Origin: Methanococcus maripaludis
GTDB taxonomy: Archaea; AGJL01; Methanococci; Methanococcales; Methanococcaceae
DNA: 32,000 bases
Assembly: GCF_002945325.1 (NCBI RefSeq)
Contig: NZ_CP026606.1
Location: forward strand, 780,001-812,000
Direction of reading: 5' to 3'
Shown: in pieces, positions 17,783 through 26,342 of the stretch
How the letters are laid out: every line of letters starts with the position of its first letter
Numbering within the stretch: the stretch's first letter is position 1
Notes under the pieces: generated by a model
Seen by the model: only the letters and a program-made list of their open reading frames with translations
Database searches by the model: none
What the model was told of the DNA's origin: nothing
Program-made: the position numbers and the translations under genes

Positions 17783-18806
17783 TACTTACATTAAAAAACC
17801 GTTCATATTCTGATGATGTAAGTTTTAAGATATCAAAGTCAGTATACATATCAGGGTGAAGTGTTTTTGCAGTCCAGTATAGCCCGAGAACATATTTTGG
17901 ACCAAGTGTATCCCAAGATTCACCATCAAACGGCATTGCGTACACATTTCCGTTTTTAACTGCATTAATTTCTTTCCAGCCGTCGTCATTTAATATATCT
18001 TCTTTTACTTTAGTGCTTGGATACTCCATCGTGTGAGCACTCGTAATTATAATGTCAGGATTCCAGCTTGCTGCTTGTTCCACGTTAATTTGTGCTTTTC
18101 CGGTTGGTAAATCACTGGAAACAGTTTTTCCCCCGGCCATTGTAATTAAATTATTTTGATAGAATTCTCCGCCAGGAGTCCAGTATGAATTCTTTTTCTG
18201 GTCGTAAACTAAAAATAAAACCCTTGGTTTTTCATTTTCGCTGATTGATGCCGTTCTTTTTAAAACATCGTTTGTAGATTGATTGTAATAATCGATTAAT
18301 TCCTGTGCATAAGCTTCTTTTTGAAATACTTCGCCCATCATTTCAATAGTTTTATAATAATTAGAAGATGTTTCTATGTCGATAAAAACAACAGGAACTC
18401 CCAAACTCTTTAATTGCGGGTACTGTCCCTGTTGTGAGCCCCAGGATGGCGCAAAAATAACATCCGGATTTAAACTTTTAATTTCTTCAACGTTGTCGCT
18501 TTTAATATCTTTTGACCGGGTTTTGAATTCTGGGTCAACTGCATCAATAAATTCATCAGCCCCCATAACGCCCCTTCCTGCAACAATTTTATCCCCTTCA
18601 CCAAAAAGGTAAATTATCGGCGGTATCAGGCCATAATTAGAAACTACTCTCTCAACCGGTGAATTAATTGTAGAAGTCTCACCCGTAAAATCAGTAACTG
18701 AAACCATGTTAACCGCTGTTGTTGTATCCCCAACTTTAGATTCTGTGGATATGCATCCGGCCAAAAAAACCAGAAGTATTGAAAATAACACCAAATATGT
18801 CCTCAT
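17745..18806 (-). CDS. Periplasmic-binding-protein (PF01497-like) lipoprotein of the FecB/BtuF class
   Basis: Signal plus lipobox VFLAGC. PDVIFAP and WNPDIIITS blocks are typical of cluster-A/type-II importer SBPs. AGGTGT RBS. Confidence 0.88.
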   Translation of the reverse strand: MRTYLVLFSILLVFLAGCISTESKVGDTTTAVNMVSVTDFTGETSTINSPVERVVSNYGLIPPIIYLFGEGDKIVAGRGVMGADEFIDAVDPEFKTRSKDIKSDNVEEIKSLNPDVIFAPSWGSQQGQYPQLKSLGVPVVFIDIETSSNYYKTIEMMGEVFQKEAYAQELIDYYNQSTNDVLKRTASISENEKPRVLFLVYDQKKNSYWTPGGEFYQNNLITMAGGKTVSSDLPTGKAQINVEQAASWNPDIIITSAHTMEYPSTKVKEDILNDDGWKEINAVKNGNVYAMPFDGESWDTLGPKYVLGLYWTAKTLHPDMYTDFDILKLTSSEYERFFNVSIDEVTLVGDNIE

Positions 18807-18986
18807 AAGTACACCTTTTATTCTTTGACATATTAATTACATAAAATTACTATTTAAATATTTTTATAACTAATTTTAATTAACATTTAAAATTTTGAAG
18901 TGACTTAGATATTAAATAATTAAAAAAATAAAAATTTACGAAATTTTAAGTCGTTTAAAACAGCTTTTTGAAATTTAAATCAGTAC

Positions 18987-19301
18987 TCAATATTTAAAAA
19001 GTTCACTTAATTTATCGTGTGACATATTTTCATTTTTTTCGATACTACCGATTCCTTTTCGGGTTAATATAAGAAATATCGGGTTATTATCTGAAATTCC
19101 CATTTTAAATTCTTCATTACTATTTCCCTGAATATAAATCATTTTTTCAAAGGATAAAGTTTCAATGCTGTCCATTAGGCTTTCTTTTCCCTCACCATTA
19201 AATTCCTCAAAAACTTCATTTATATTAACTTTAAACGTTTTTTCTCGAGTTTTCCTGCCGTAAAGATAGTTTAAAAGTTCTTTAGTTATTGAGTCAGACA
19301 T
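18987..19301 (-). CDS. Hypothetical 104-aa protein
   Basis: Strong GGAGGTGTG RBS 5 nt before the ATG. No recognisable family. Confidence 0.6.
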   Translation of the reverse strand: MSDSITKELLNYLYGRKTREKTFKVNINEVFEEFNGEGKESLMDSIETLSFEKMIYIQGNSNEEFKMGISDNNPIFLILTRKGIGSIEKNENMSHDKLSELFKY

Positions 19302-19498
19302 GTAATCACACCTCCGCTATTTCAGGTATTTTTTCTAAATATAATATATATTACTTAACTTTTATTAAATAATGTAATGTATTAATGTTATATTTCCCGT
19401 AAAATAATTAGAAATTAAGCTCAATGATTTTAAAAATTAAAAAATAACTAAAATATTTGAATTTAAGAAAAAAAACGGTTATTAAGATTTAATTGTAA

Positions 19499-20332
19499 TT
19501 AACGAAACCAGTTCATTAAACCCTGCCACATCCATTCAAATACATTTTTAGACTCATTATTTGAACTGCTGGCACTATACTGGTTAGATTGTCCTGTTTG
19601 TGCGGTAGGATTTGTAGAATATCCCGTACCTGTTTCCATTTCGCTTGATATTATTTCATTATACTCTGATTCGCTAATGTACTGTGGCTCGTAAATTCCA
19701 CCATTTTGTTCGATAACTCTCGTAAATGACCTTAAATGGTTTTTCGAACCTTTTTCAAGGTTATTATATACTGCAGTGATATCCTGATTGTCAGATATTT
19801 CATTTAATTTTTTTAAATCATTTATATCTAAATCTTCAATAGTTGCACCAACAGTTAATGCATCCAGCAGTGAAACTGAACCTTTTTCAACCAATGTGCT
19901 GTAAAGTTCTGCCAGATCCTGATTTGTAAATGCTCCTCTCGTGTCATTAGTAACGGGGTCTGTCAAATTATATTTGTCTAAGAGTAACTTTACTGCATTG
20001 GTGTGAGTACTTTCACTATTTGCGATATTTAAGAAAATTTGCTGGCCCCATATGTCATATAATTCCAAATAAACATCTCTTGCCAATTTTTCTTCTTCTC
20101 TCATCAACAATAACCCGTCAATTTCTTCTTGACTTAATTCTTCAACAGGATAATTACCAATTTCTTGCTGGTGATTTACCTGTGTATCGTCATATAATTG
20201 ATACACCTGACCGCCCTGATTTTGCCCATAACTTTTATTTTGATTGCCGTATGCAGATATTGAACTTAAAATAACTAATAATAAAAGAAAGCTCGTAATA
20301 ATTTTTTTATTACTCAAAAATATCACCCCCAT
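19499..20332 (-). CDS. Secreted DUF2202 (ferritin-like) protein with Q/N/S-rich flanks
   Basis: Signal peptide SFLLLLVILSSISAYG. The core EEIDGLLLMREEEKLARDVYLELYDIWGQQIFLNIANSESTHTNAV matches DUF2202. An alternative TTG start at 20317 lies just after GGGGGTGAT. Confidence 0.75.
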   Translation of the reverse strand: MGVIFLSNKKIITSFLLLLVILSSISAYGNQNKSYGQNQGGQVYQLYDDTQVNHQQEIGNYPVEELSQEEIDGLLLMREEEKLARDVYLELYDIWGQQIFLNIANSESTHTNAVKLLLDKYNLTDPVTNDTRGAFTNQDLAELYSTLVEKGSVSLLDALTVGATIEDLDINDLKKLNEISDNQDITAVYNNLEKGSKNHLRSFTRVIEQNGGIYEPQYISESEYNEIISSEMETGTGYSTNPTAQTGQSNQYSASSSNNESKNVFEWMWQGLMNWFR

Positions 20333-20500
20333 TAATAATTATTATTTATTTAAAACCAAAGTATATATTTAATGGATCAGACGTTAATTAAATTTCAAAA
20401 GTATATCGAAGTTTATAACCGCTCGATGAAACATTTATAACTCTTTTAAACTGAAATTTAACTTTTTAAAAATTAGAATTACCCAATTTAAAGGATTTAT

Positions 20501-20529
20501 TATCCCGTTTTAATGATATTAACGGGATA
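20501..20529. promoter_or_regulatory. 9-bp inverted repeat TATCCCGTT-N11-AACGGGATA
   Basis: Perfect arms at 20501-20509 and 20521-20529, about 80 bp upstream of ATG 20611. Confidence 0.3.
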
Positions 20530-20610
20530 TTGGGGTTAATTTTTAAAAAACTGAAAAAAATAAATACTTTTGAAAAAAGAAAGTATAATGAAGATCAGGG
20601 GGTGGTAAAT

Positions 20611-20835
20611 ATGGTTGATCTTTCAAAATACGATACATATGAGCTGATAAAAAAATATCGTGTTTACTTTAAAGAAGGCGAAAAACCTGCAAAAATAACG
20701 ATTGAAAGGTATTTAAAAACTGGGGAATACTATGCAATTTTAAAGCTTCCAGATGGTAAGAAATTTAGCTCCCATCCTACGAAAACACCAGAAGATGCGT
20801 TAAATGATCCCGTAATTTCATTTAACGTAAAATAA
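20611..20835 (+). CDS. Hypothetical 74-aa protein
   Basis: ATG 20611 is preceded by AGGGGGTGGT. The track start at 20530 is a TTG with no RBS. Confidence 0.6.
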   Translation: MVDLSKYDTYELIKKYRVYFKEGEKPAKITIERYLKTGEYYAILKLPDGKKFSSHPTKTPEDALNDPVISFNVK

Positions 20836-20862
20836 ATTTTCTTTTTTTCTGATTTTTAAATT
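20836..20862 (+). terminator. Oligo-T terminator-like 27-mer, copy 1 of an exact direct repeat
   Basis: ATTTTCTTTTTTTCTGATTTTTAAATT lies immediately after the stop of the 74-aa gene and is identical to 24905-24931. Confidence 0.5.
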
Positions 20863-21067
20863 TCAGAACTGCTCTTTTAATTTTATTTAAAGTAAGATTT
20901 GGTGGAAAAGTCCGATTTTATATCTTTTTAGATTTTCTAAATTTTTTAAAATGTTCTCCATGGGTATATTTTCTTAAAATTGACGTTAAAAATATAAATT
21001 AAAAAAATCATAACTCTCGAGTATTCAATATATTTTTAGGCATATAATGAAATGTTCGGGGTGAACA

Positions 21068-24000
21068 ATGATAAAAAAAGTTTTATTTCTATTTTTGCTG
21101 CTTTTAGCAGTTTCAAGCGTTAGCGCTGTGGATTATACAATCAATGAAACAGATTTTGAAAATCAGACTGACGTTGATATGGCAGGATATACTTATCACG
21201 CGTTTATAGTTATTAATGAATCTGGCGAATATCAAGTAACTGCAAATTTTGCAAATAATTTTTCAAGTATCGACAATGTTGTATTCTTGATTAAAGACAC
21301 TGAAAACGTTACACTCGACTGTAACAACATGTCTTTCACAACCAATACTATATTCGGGCCAAATTATCTAGTTTATGCTTACAATTCAAGCAATATTACA
21401 GTTAAAAATCTTAATTCCAACTGGACTAGGGATGTAATTCTTTTTGAAAATGTTAATGATTCTAAAATAGAAAACTCAGAAATTATCTCTGAAAGATATC
21501 CAATTGTTTTAGAAGATTCATACGGCATTACAATCTCAGAAAATACGCTTACCTCAGATACATACCCTGTTTATGCTAAATCTGATCTTATAAACAGTAC
21601 GATTTCAGGAAATACAATTAACAATACTTGTGAATCCACTAGTTACGGCATATATTGTGATTATGCAGTTATAAACTCAATAATGTCAGAAAATACGATT
21701 ATATCATGCGCAGACAGTAGTGCTTATGGGATTTACTGTGGTGACTATTTTGAAAACTGCACGATTTCAGGAAACAATATCTCAGTAAATGGAGGAAGTT
21801 TCCACGCTTTTGGTATATGTTGTGACGAGTATATCTTAGATTCAACAATTGAAAATAACGTAATAACAGTCACTTCAGAAACATACAATGCTTACGGCAT
21901 TTTCGCAAATGAGCATATTCAAAACAGTACAATTTCAGGAAATAACATTACAAGTACTACAATAACTTCTTCGGCTGCAGCTATTGGCATTTATTCTGAA
22001 TTAGATATGTTAACTAGCACATTTTCAGGAAATAACATTACAGCTAATTCTAATCATTATTCGGCAGGTATTTCTTCAAATAGGTATGTTCAAGATACTA
22101 CAATTTCAGGAAATACAATTAATACAAATGCCACCCACAATTCCATTGATATTTGTGTCAATAGGGACCTAACAAATACGAATATCTCGGAAAATGAGAT
22201 AACTGCGATTTCCGAAGCGTACAATGCCTATGGGATTTATACCTTTGGGGGTAAGATTTTAACTAGCACGATTTTGGAAAATAATATCACAGCTAATTCT
22301 TCTACTTATGATGCTTACGGTATTTTCGCAGATGGATATCTTCAAGATACTACAATTTCAGGAAATACAATTAATACAAATGCAGTTGACGACTCTACAG
22401 GCATCTATGTTTACGATTACAGTATCGTAAATACGGATATATTAGAAAATGCAATAACTGCGATTTCAGGAAATAAGGCTTATGGGGTATACACCGAGAA
22501 TTACCATATTCAAGATACTACAATTTCAGGAAATAACATTACAATTACGGGAGATACTAACGCTCGCGGTATATATTCTAGCTATTATTTTACAGGCTCC
22601 ATAATCTCAAATAACACAATAGATGTAACGGGCAATAATTCGTACATTTTAGGTTTTAATTCAGATTTTAATAACAATGAAATATATGGTAATATTCTAT
22701 CCAGTTTGGGTAGCCAAGCATTTGGTATTTATCTTTCTGGCGATTCTGGAAATTATGAATTCTACGATAACAATATTACTGTAGCTGGTGAAGGTTCTGA
22801 AGCAATTAAACTTTCTTACTGGTTATCTGGACCTAACTCAAATATTTATAGAAATAACATCACATCAGAGCAATCTTACGCAATAGATATTATACACTGT
22901 CAAGGCGTTAGATTCTACCAAAACAACATTGATGGATTAATAAACAACGGAACAAACAACTATTTTGTTTCAAGTGAAAATATAACTTATTATTACAATG
23001 GAAATCCATACTCGGGCGTTCTTGGAAACTACTGGGCTGGATATTTAGAAGCTGATACGAATGGTGACGGTATAATCGATACGCCATACACAGAAAACTA
23101 TACAAACGATACAAAACCACTTGCTGGAATTTGGGGTGTAGATCTTACATCAAATGCTCCAAAAGTGGATTACAATGATGGAATGATCCATATTACTGAA
23201 GAAAACTTTACAAGCGTAAGTCCTTATACTGGAGGCGGTAGTGCATACGTCGTAATTACTACCCCGGGTTACTACATACTGGACTGCGATTATGTAAACG
23301 ATTCATCAATTTATAAGTTTATAGTGATTGAATCTGATAATGTAACTTTTGATGGAAACAATCACTGGTTAAATAAGACTGGAGACTACGTAGTCTATTC
23401 AAATACTGAAAACATGCTTGAAAATGTAACTGTTAAAAATTTAATGACTTCAAGCAGTATTTACATAACAGCTTCAAATTCAAATGTATCTTCAAACACT
23501 GCACAGTATGTTGGAGTTTACGGGGAGTATAACACGATTTCTTCAAACACTGCGTATGATGTTGAAGTTAGCGGAGAATATAATACGATTTCCACCAATA
23601 CTGTGGAAAATAGATTTTATTTAGCATATGACGATGGATTAAATAATTCAATAATATTCAATAACACGGTAAACTCTATTGAACTAATCGGAGACAATAA
23701 TAAAATCTCATCAAACACTGTAGATTATATTGATATGGAGGGCGATTGGGAGTATCTTTCGAATAATAACACAATCTCATCAAACATAATAACTGATTAT
23801 ATTTACGTTTACGGAGATTACAACACACTCGCCAATAACACCGTGGAAGACGAGATATACACCTGCGGATTGTATACCATAATTTCATCCAACACTGTAA
23901 CAAACTCAAGCGATTATGCAATCGATTTTGATGGGGAGGGTGAAGGAGCTTACGCAACAGTCTTCAACAACACTGTTCTTGCAAGTGAATATGGTATTCG

Positions 24001-24889
24001 TTTAGATGATTGTGATGAAGACTATTCAAATATCTCTTACAATACGGTCTATTCATCAGAATATCCTCTAATAATTGGCGATGAAGTCACAGGATGTAAT
24101 ATTTACTTAAACAACTTTATCTACACAGATACAGTAAATATTTCGGGCATAACTCCTGGAGAAACTGGAAAAAACAGTTTCTTAAGTCCTTTTAAAATTG
24201 AATATAAATACAACGGAAATAGTTACAGTAATTTCCTTGGAAACTACTGGTCTGATTACAGTGGAACAGACGCAGATGCAAATGGAATCGGGGATACTTA
24301 TTATCTATATGGATGTGACGATGAGAGCGACTATTTAGAAAACGATACAGCACCATTAATTGGAATGTGGGGAATTGATCTTATTCCTTACACGCCAGTA
24401 ACAACCCATACAACAAGATCTTCCGGTGGCGGTGGAAGAAGTTACGATTCAGATATTTCAGATGAAATAGACTCAAAAGTTATTAAAAACTTCGTTTCAA
24501 GTGCAACAGTGCTCTTTGGAAACGAAATCGATCAGCAATTTGCTGAAGAATTAAGAGAAAGAATACAAAATGCAGAAGGATTCAAAATTTCTGGAAATGC
24601 AGTAATTGTTGGCGGACCAAAAGCAAATCCATTTGCGAGAGAATACAACGATCAGTTTGAAATGCCAATTTCAAACGACTACCCTGGAGAAAACAAAGGG
24701 GTTATTCAAGTTATGACTATTCAGGACAATTCTGGAAAAATCGTTAAAAGCTACACTATTGTATATATTGCAGGTTCAGATAGATTAGGAACACAAGCTG
24801 CTTTAGAATACTTTAAAACTTTGGATGAACTTCCAGACGGACCAATCATGGTCGAATGGACCGCAAATGGGCCAGTAGTTGTTGAATAA
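21068..24889 (+). CDS. 1273-aa secreted surface protein with two NosD-like right-handed parallel beta-helix (PbH1) modules and an S-layer-like C-terminal domain
   Basis: Signal peptide LFLFLLLLAVSSVSA. There are many repeats of about 28 aa of the form AYGIY....I.NSTISGNNIT. Each module ends in Y.YNGN.YS..LGNYW..Y...D.NG.GD..Y........D..PL.G.WG.DL. The tail after TTHTTRSSGGGGRSY has the motifs VIVGGPKANP and IAGSDRLGTQAA. Confidence 0.9.
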   Translation: MIKKVLFLFLLLLAVSSVSAVDYTINETDFENQTDVDMAGYTYHAFIVINESGEYQVTANFANNFSSIDNVVFLIKDTENVTLDCNNMSFTTNTIFGPNYLVYAYNSSNITVKNLNSNWTRDVILFENVNDSKIENSEIISERYPIVLEDSYGITISENTLTSDTYPVYAKSDLINSTISGNTINNTCESTSYGIYCDYAVINSIMSENTIISCADSSAYGIYCGDYFENCTISGNNISVNGGSFHAFGICCDEYILDSTIENNVITVTSETYNAYGIFANEHIQNSTISGNNITSTTITSSAAAIGIYSELDMLTSTFSGNNITANSNHYSAGISSNRYVQDTTISGNTINTNATHNSIDICVNRDLTNTNISENEITAISEAYNAYGIYTFGGKILTSTILENNITANSSTYDAYGIFADGYLQDTTISGNTINTNAVDDSTGIYVYDYSIVNTDILENAITAISGNKAYGVYTENYHIQDTTISGNNITITGDTNARGIYSSYYFTGSIISNNTIDVTGNNSYILGFNSDFNNNEIYGNILSSLGSQAFGIYLSGDSGNYEFYDNNITVAGEGSEAIKLSYWLSGPNSNIYRNNITSEQSYAIDIIHCQGVRFYQNNIDGLINNGTNNYFVSSENITYYYNGNPYSGVLGNYWAGYLEADTNGDGIIDTPYTENYTNDTKPLAGIWGVDLTSNAPKVDYNDGMIHITEENFTSVSPYTGGGSAYVVITTPGYYILDCDYVNDSSIYKFIVIESDNVTFDGNNHWLNKTGDYVVYSNTENMLENVTVKNLMTSSSIYITASNSNVSSNTAQYVGVYGEYNTISSNTAYDVEVSGEYNTISTNTVENRFYLAYDDGLNNSIIFNNTVNSIELIGDNNKISSNTVDYIDMEGDWEYLSNNNTISSNIITDYIYVYGDYNTLANNTVEDEIYTCGLYTIISSNTVTNSSDYAIDFDGEGEGAYATVFNNTVLASEYGIRLDDCDEDYSNISYNTVYSSEYPLIIGDEVTGCNIYLNNFIYTDTVNISGITPGETGKNSFLSPFKIEYKYNGNSYSNFLGNYWSDYSGTDADANGIGDTYYLYGCDDESDYLENDTAPLIGMWGIDLIPYTPVTTHTTRSSGGGGRSYDSDISDEIDSKVIKNFVSSATVLFGNEIDQQFAEELRERIQNAEGFKISGNAVIVGGPKANPFAREYNDQFEMPISNDYPGENKGVIQVMTIQDNSGKIVKSYTIVYIAGSDRLGTQAALEYFKTLDELPDGPIMVEWTANGPVVVE

Positions 24890-24904
24890 CTTAATTAAAA
24901 AAAT

Positions 24905-24931
24905 ATTTTCTTTTTTTCTGATTTTTAAATT
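24905..24931 (+). terminator. Oligo-T terminator-like 27-mer, copy 2 of an exact direct repeat
   Basis: Identical to 20836-20862 and located 15 nt after the stop of the 1273-aa gene. Confidence 0.5.
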
Positions 24932-24986
24932 GAATTTGAAAAGTGTAACTTCTATTGTTTATTGTTTGAAAAATTAAAAAAAGAAT

Positions 24987-26012
24987 TTAATCGCATTCTG
25001 GATATATAACATACGTAGCCCAGTTATTTTCAGGGAACGTTTCCCCTCCAAAACAGGTGTCGTTAGCCCATGCACTTTCACAGATGCAATTATATATTGG
25101 AACGCACTCGTAGTTCGCTTTTACTGCATCAATGTCATAGTCGTGCGTTGAAAACGTATCATTTATTCTTATTTTTTCGATACATACGCCACTAGGAAGG
25201 TCATATATGCGGTTTATAAACATATTCGTCACACCTGCGGTGCTACCCAAATTATTCGTAGCATTTCCTACCGGGTAGTAATTTCCGTTAAAATATGCTT
25301 CAATACCAATAGATTCAACCCAGTTTGGGTTCTGATTATATGTTACTTCATAAATTTCTAAATCAGGTGTGGAATTGTCCCCATCACCACAGATACTGCC
25401 GTCAAAACACAATTCTATTGATCCACCATGTCCAAGACTGGTAAATGTCTTTGTGCCTTGATCTGAACTATCATTTTCTCCAAGACATAGTAATGGATTG
25501 TATCTCCATGATTCAGTCGAATCAGGTGAACCGTTAATATAATTGCTGTAATTTATTGCCCAAGGATAATCAAGTGGCTCGTAGCCATAATCTATTATTT
25601 CATCACCTTGCTTACAAACTACGGCATGCGCTGCAATAGTTATGTTTGAACTACCTAATTCACTAATGTTAAGCGAACCAGAATACTCCGTTAAATAGGG
25701 ATCAAACTCTTCATTGATTTCAAACTGTCCAACTTTCGGATTTCCAGTTTTTGTAAGATATCCTTCTGTATACCAGACATTACTGGTATCTGCCTCAGGA
25801 ACTTCATTTAATGCAGCTAAATGTACTTCACAAAGTTCCCATGGTGAATTTATATCGTAATTAAAATACAATGTATCTCCAACCACGTTCAAGGTTAGAG
25901 TCCCTACTTTTTCATTCTGTCCTGCAATAATATCGTAATCTATCGCCACAGCTCCAGGGATTACTGAAAAGATCATTGAAAATAAAATAAATCCAACTAA
26001 AAACTTTTTCAT
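24987..26012 (-). CDS. Secreted Cys-rich hypothetical protein (about 341 aa)
   Basis: ATG 26012 follows GGAGGGGG. Signal peptide FILFSMIFSVIPGAVA. There are 12 Cys in the mature part. N-terminal AGQNEKVGTLTLNVVGDTLYFNY...CEVHLAA and C-terminal SAWANDTCFGG...NWATYVIY blocks. Confidence 0.75.
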   Translation of the reverse strand: MKKFLVGFILFSMIFSVIPGAVAIDYDIIAGQNEKVGTLTLNVVGDTLYFNYDINSPWELCEVHLAALNEVPEADTSNVWYTEGYLTKTGNPKVGQFEINEEFDPYLTEYSGSLNISELGSSNITIAAHAVVCKQGDEIIDYGYEPLDYPWAINYSNYINGSPDSTESWRYNPLLCLGENDSSDQGTKTFTSLGHGGSIELCFDGSICGDGDNSTPDLEIYEVTYNQNPNWVESIGIEAYFNGNYYPVGNATNNLGSTAGVTNMFINRIYDLPSGVCIEKIRINDTFSTHDYDIDAVKANYECVPIYNCICESAWANDTCFGGETFPENNWATYVIYPECD

Positions 26013-26342
26013 GAAGACCCCCTCCAAAGTTTTTCGGAATTTTTAAAAATAGTTTTTACTAATTAATGGTAAATTAACCCCAATTTAATTATATATCCAG
26101 TAATATATAACTATATCTAAGTTAAAAGTGTTTTAATCGGGATTATTAAAAAATAACCCCATATAATAAATAAATTGTAAAAATAAAGCATAACAATTTA
26201 TTTTTTTGTTGGAAGTTAATATTATATTAGATAATACTAAAACGTTAAAGATCAGTATTTCTGTAAAAATACATATTAAAATAATAATATTTTGAAATTA
26301 TAAACCGGCCCTATTGACATTAATACGCGTATCGTGGTAAAA

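Noticed and set aside
21068-24889. The 1273-aa protein might be the organism's main S-layer protein.
   Set aside because: Its body is a NosD-like beta-helix repeat array, unlike methanococcal S-layer proteins, and only the C-terminal roughly 150 aa look S-layer-related. It is more likely an accessory S-layer-associated protein.
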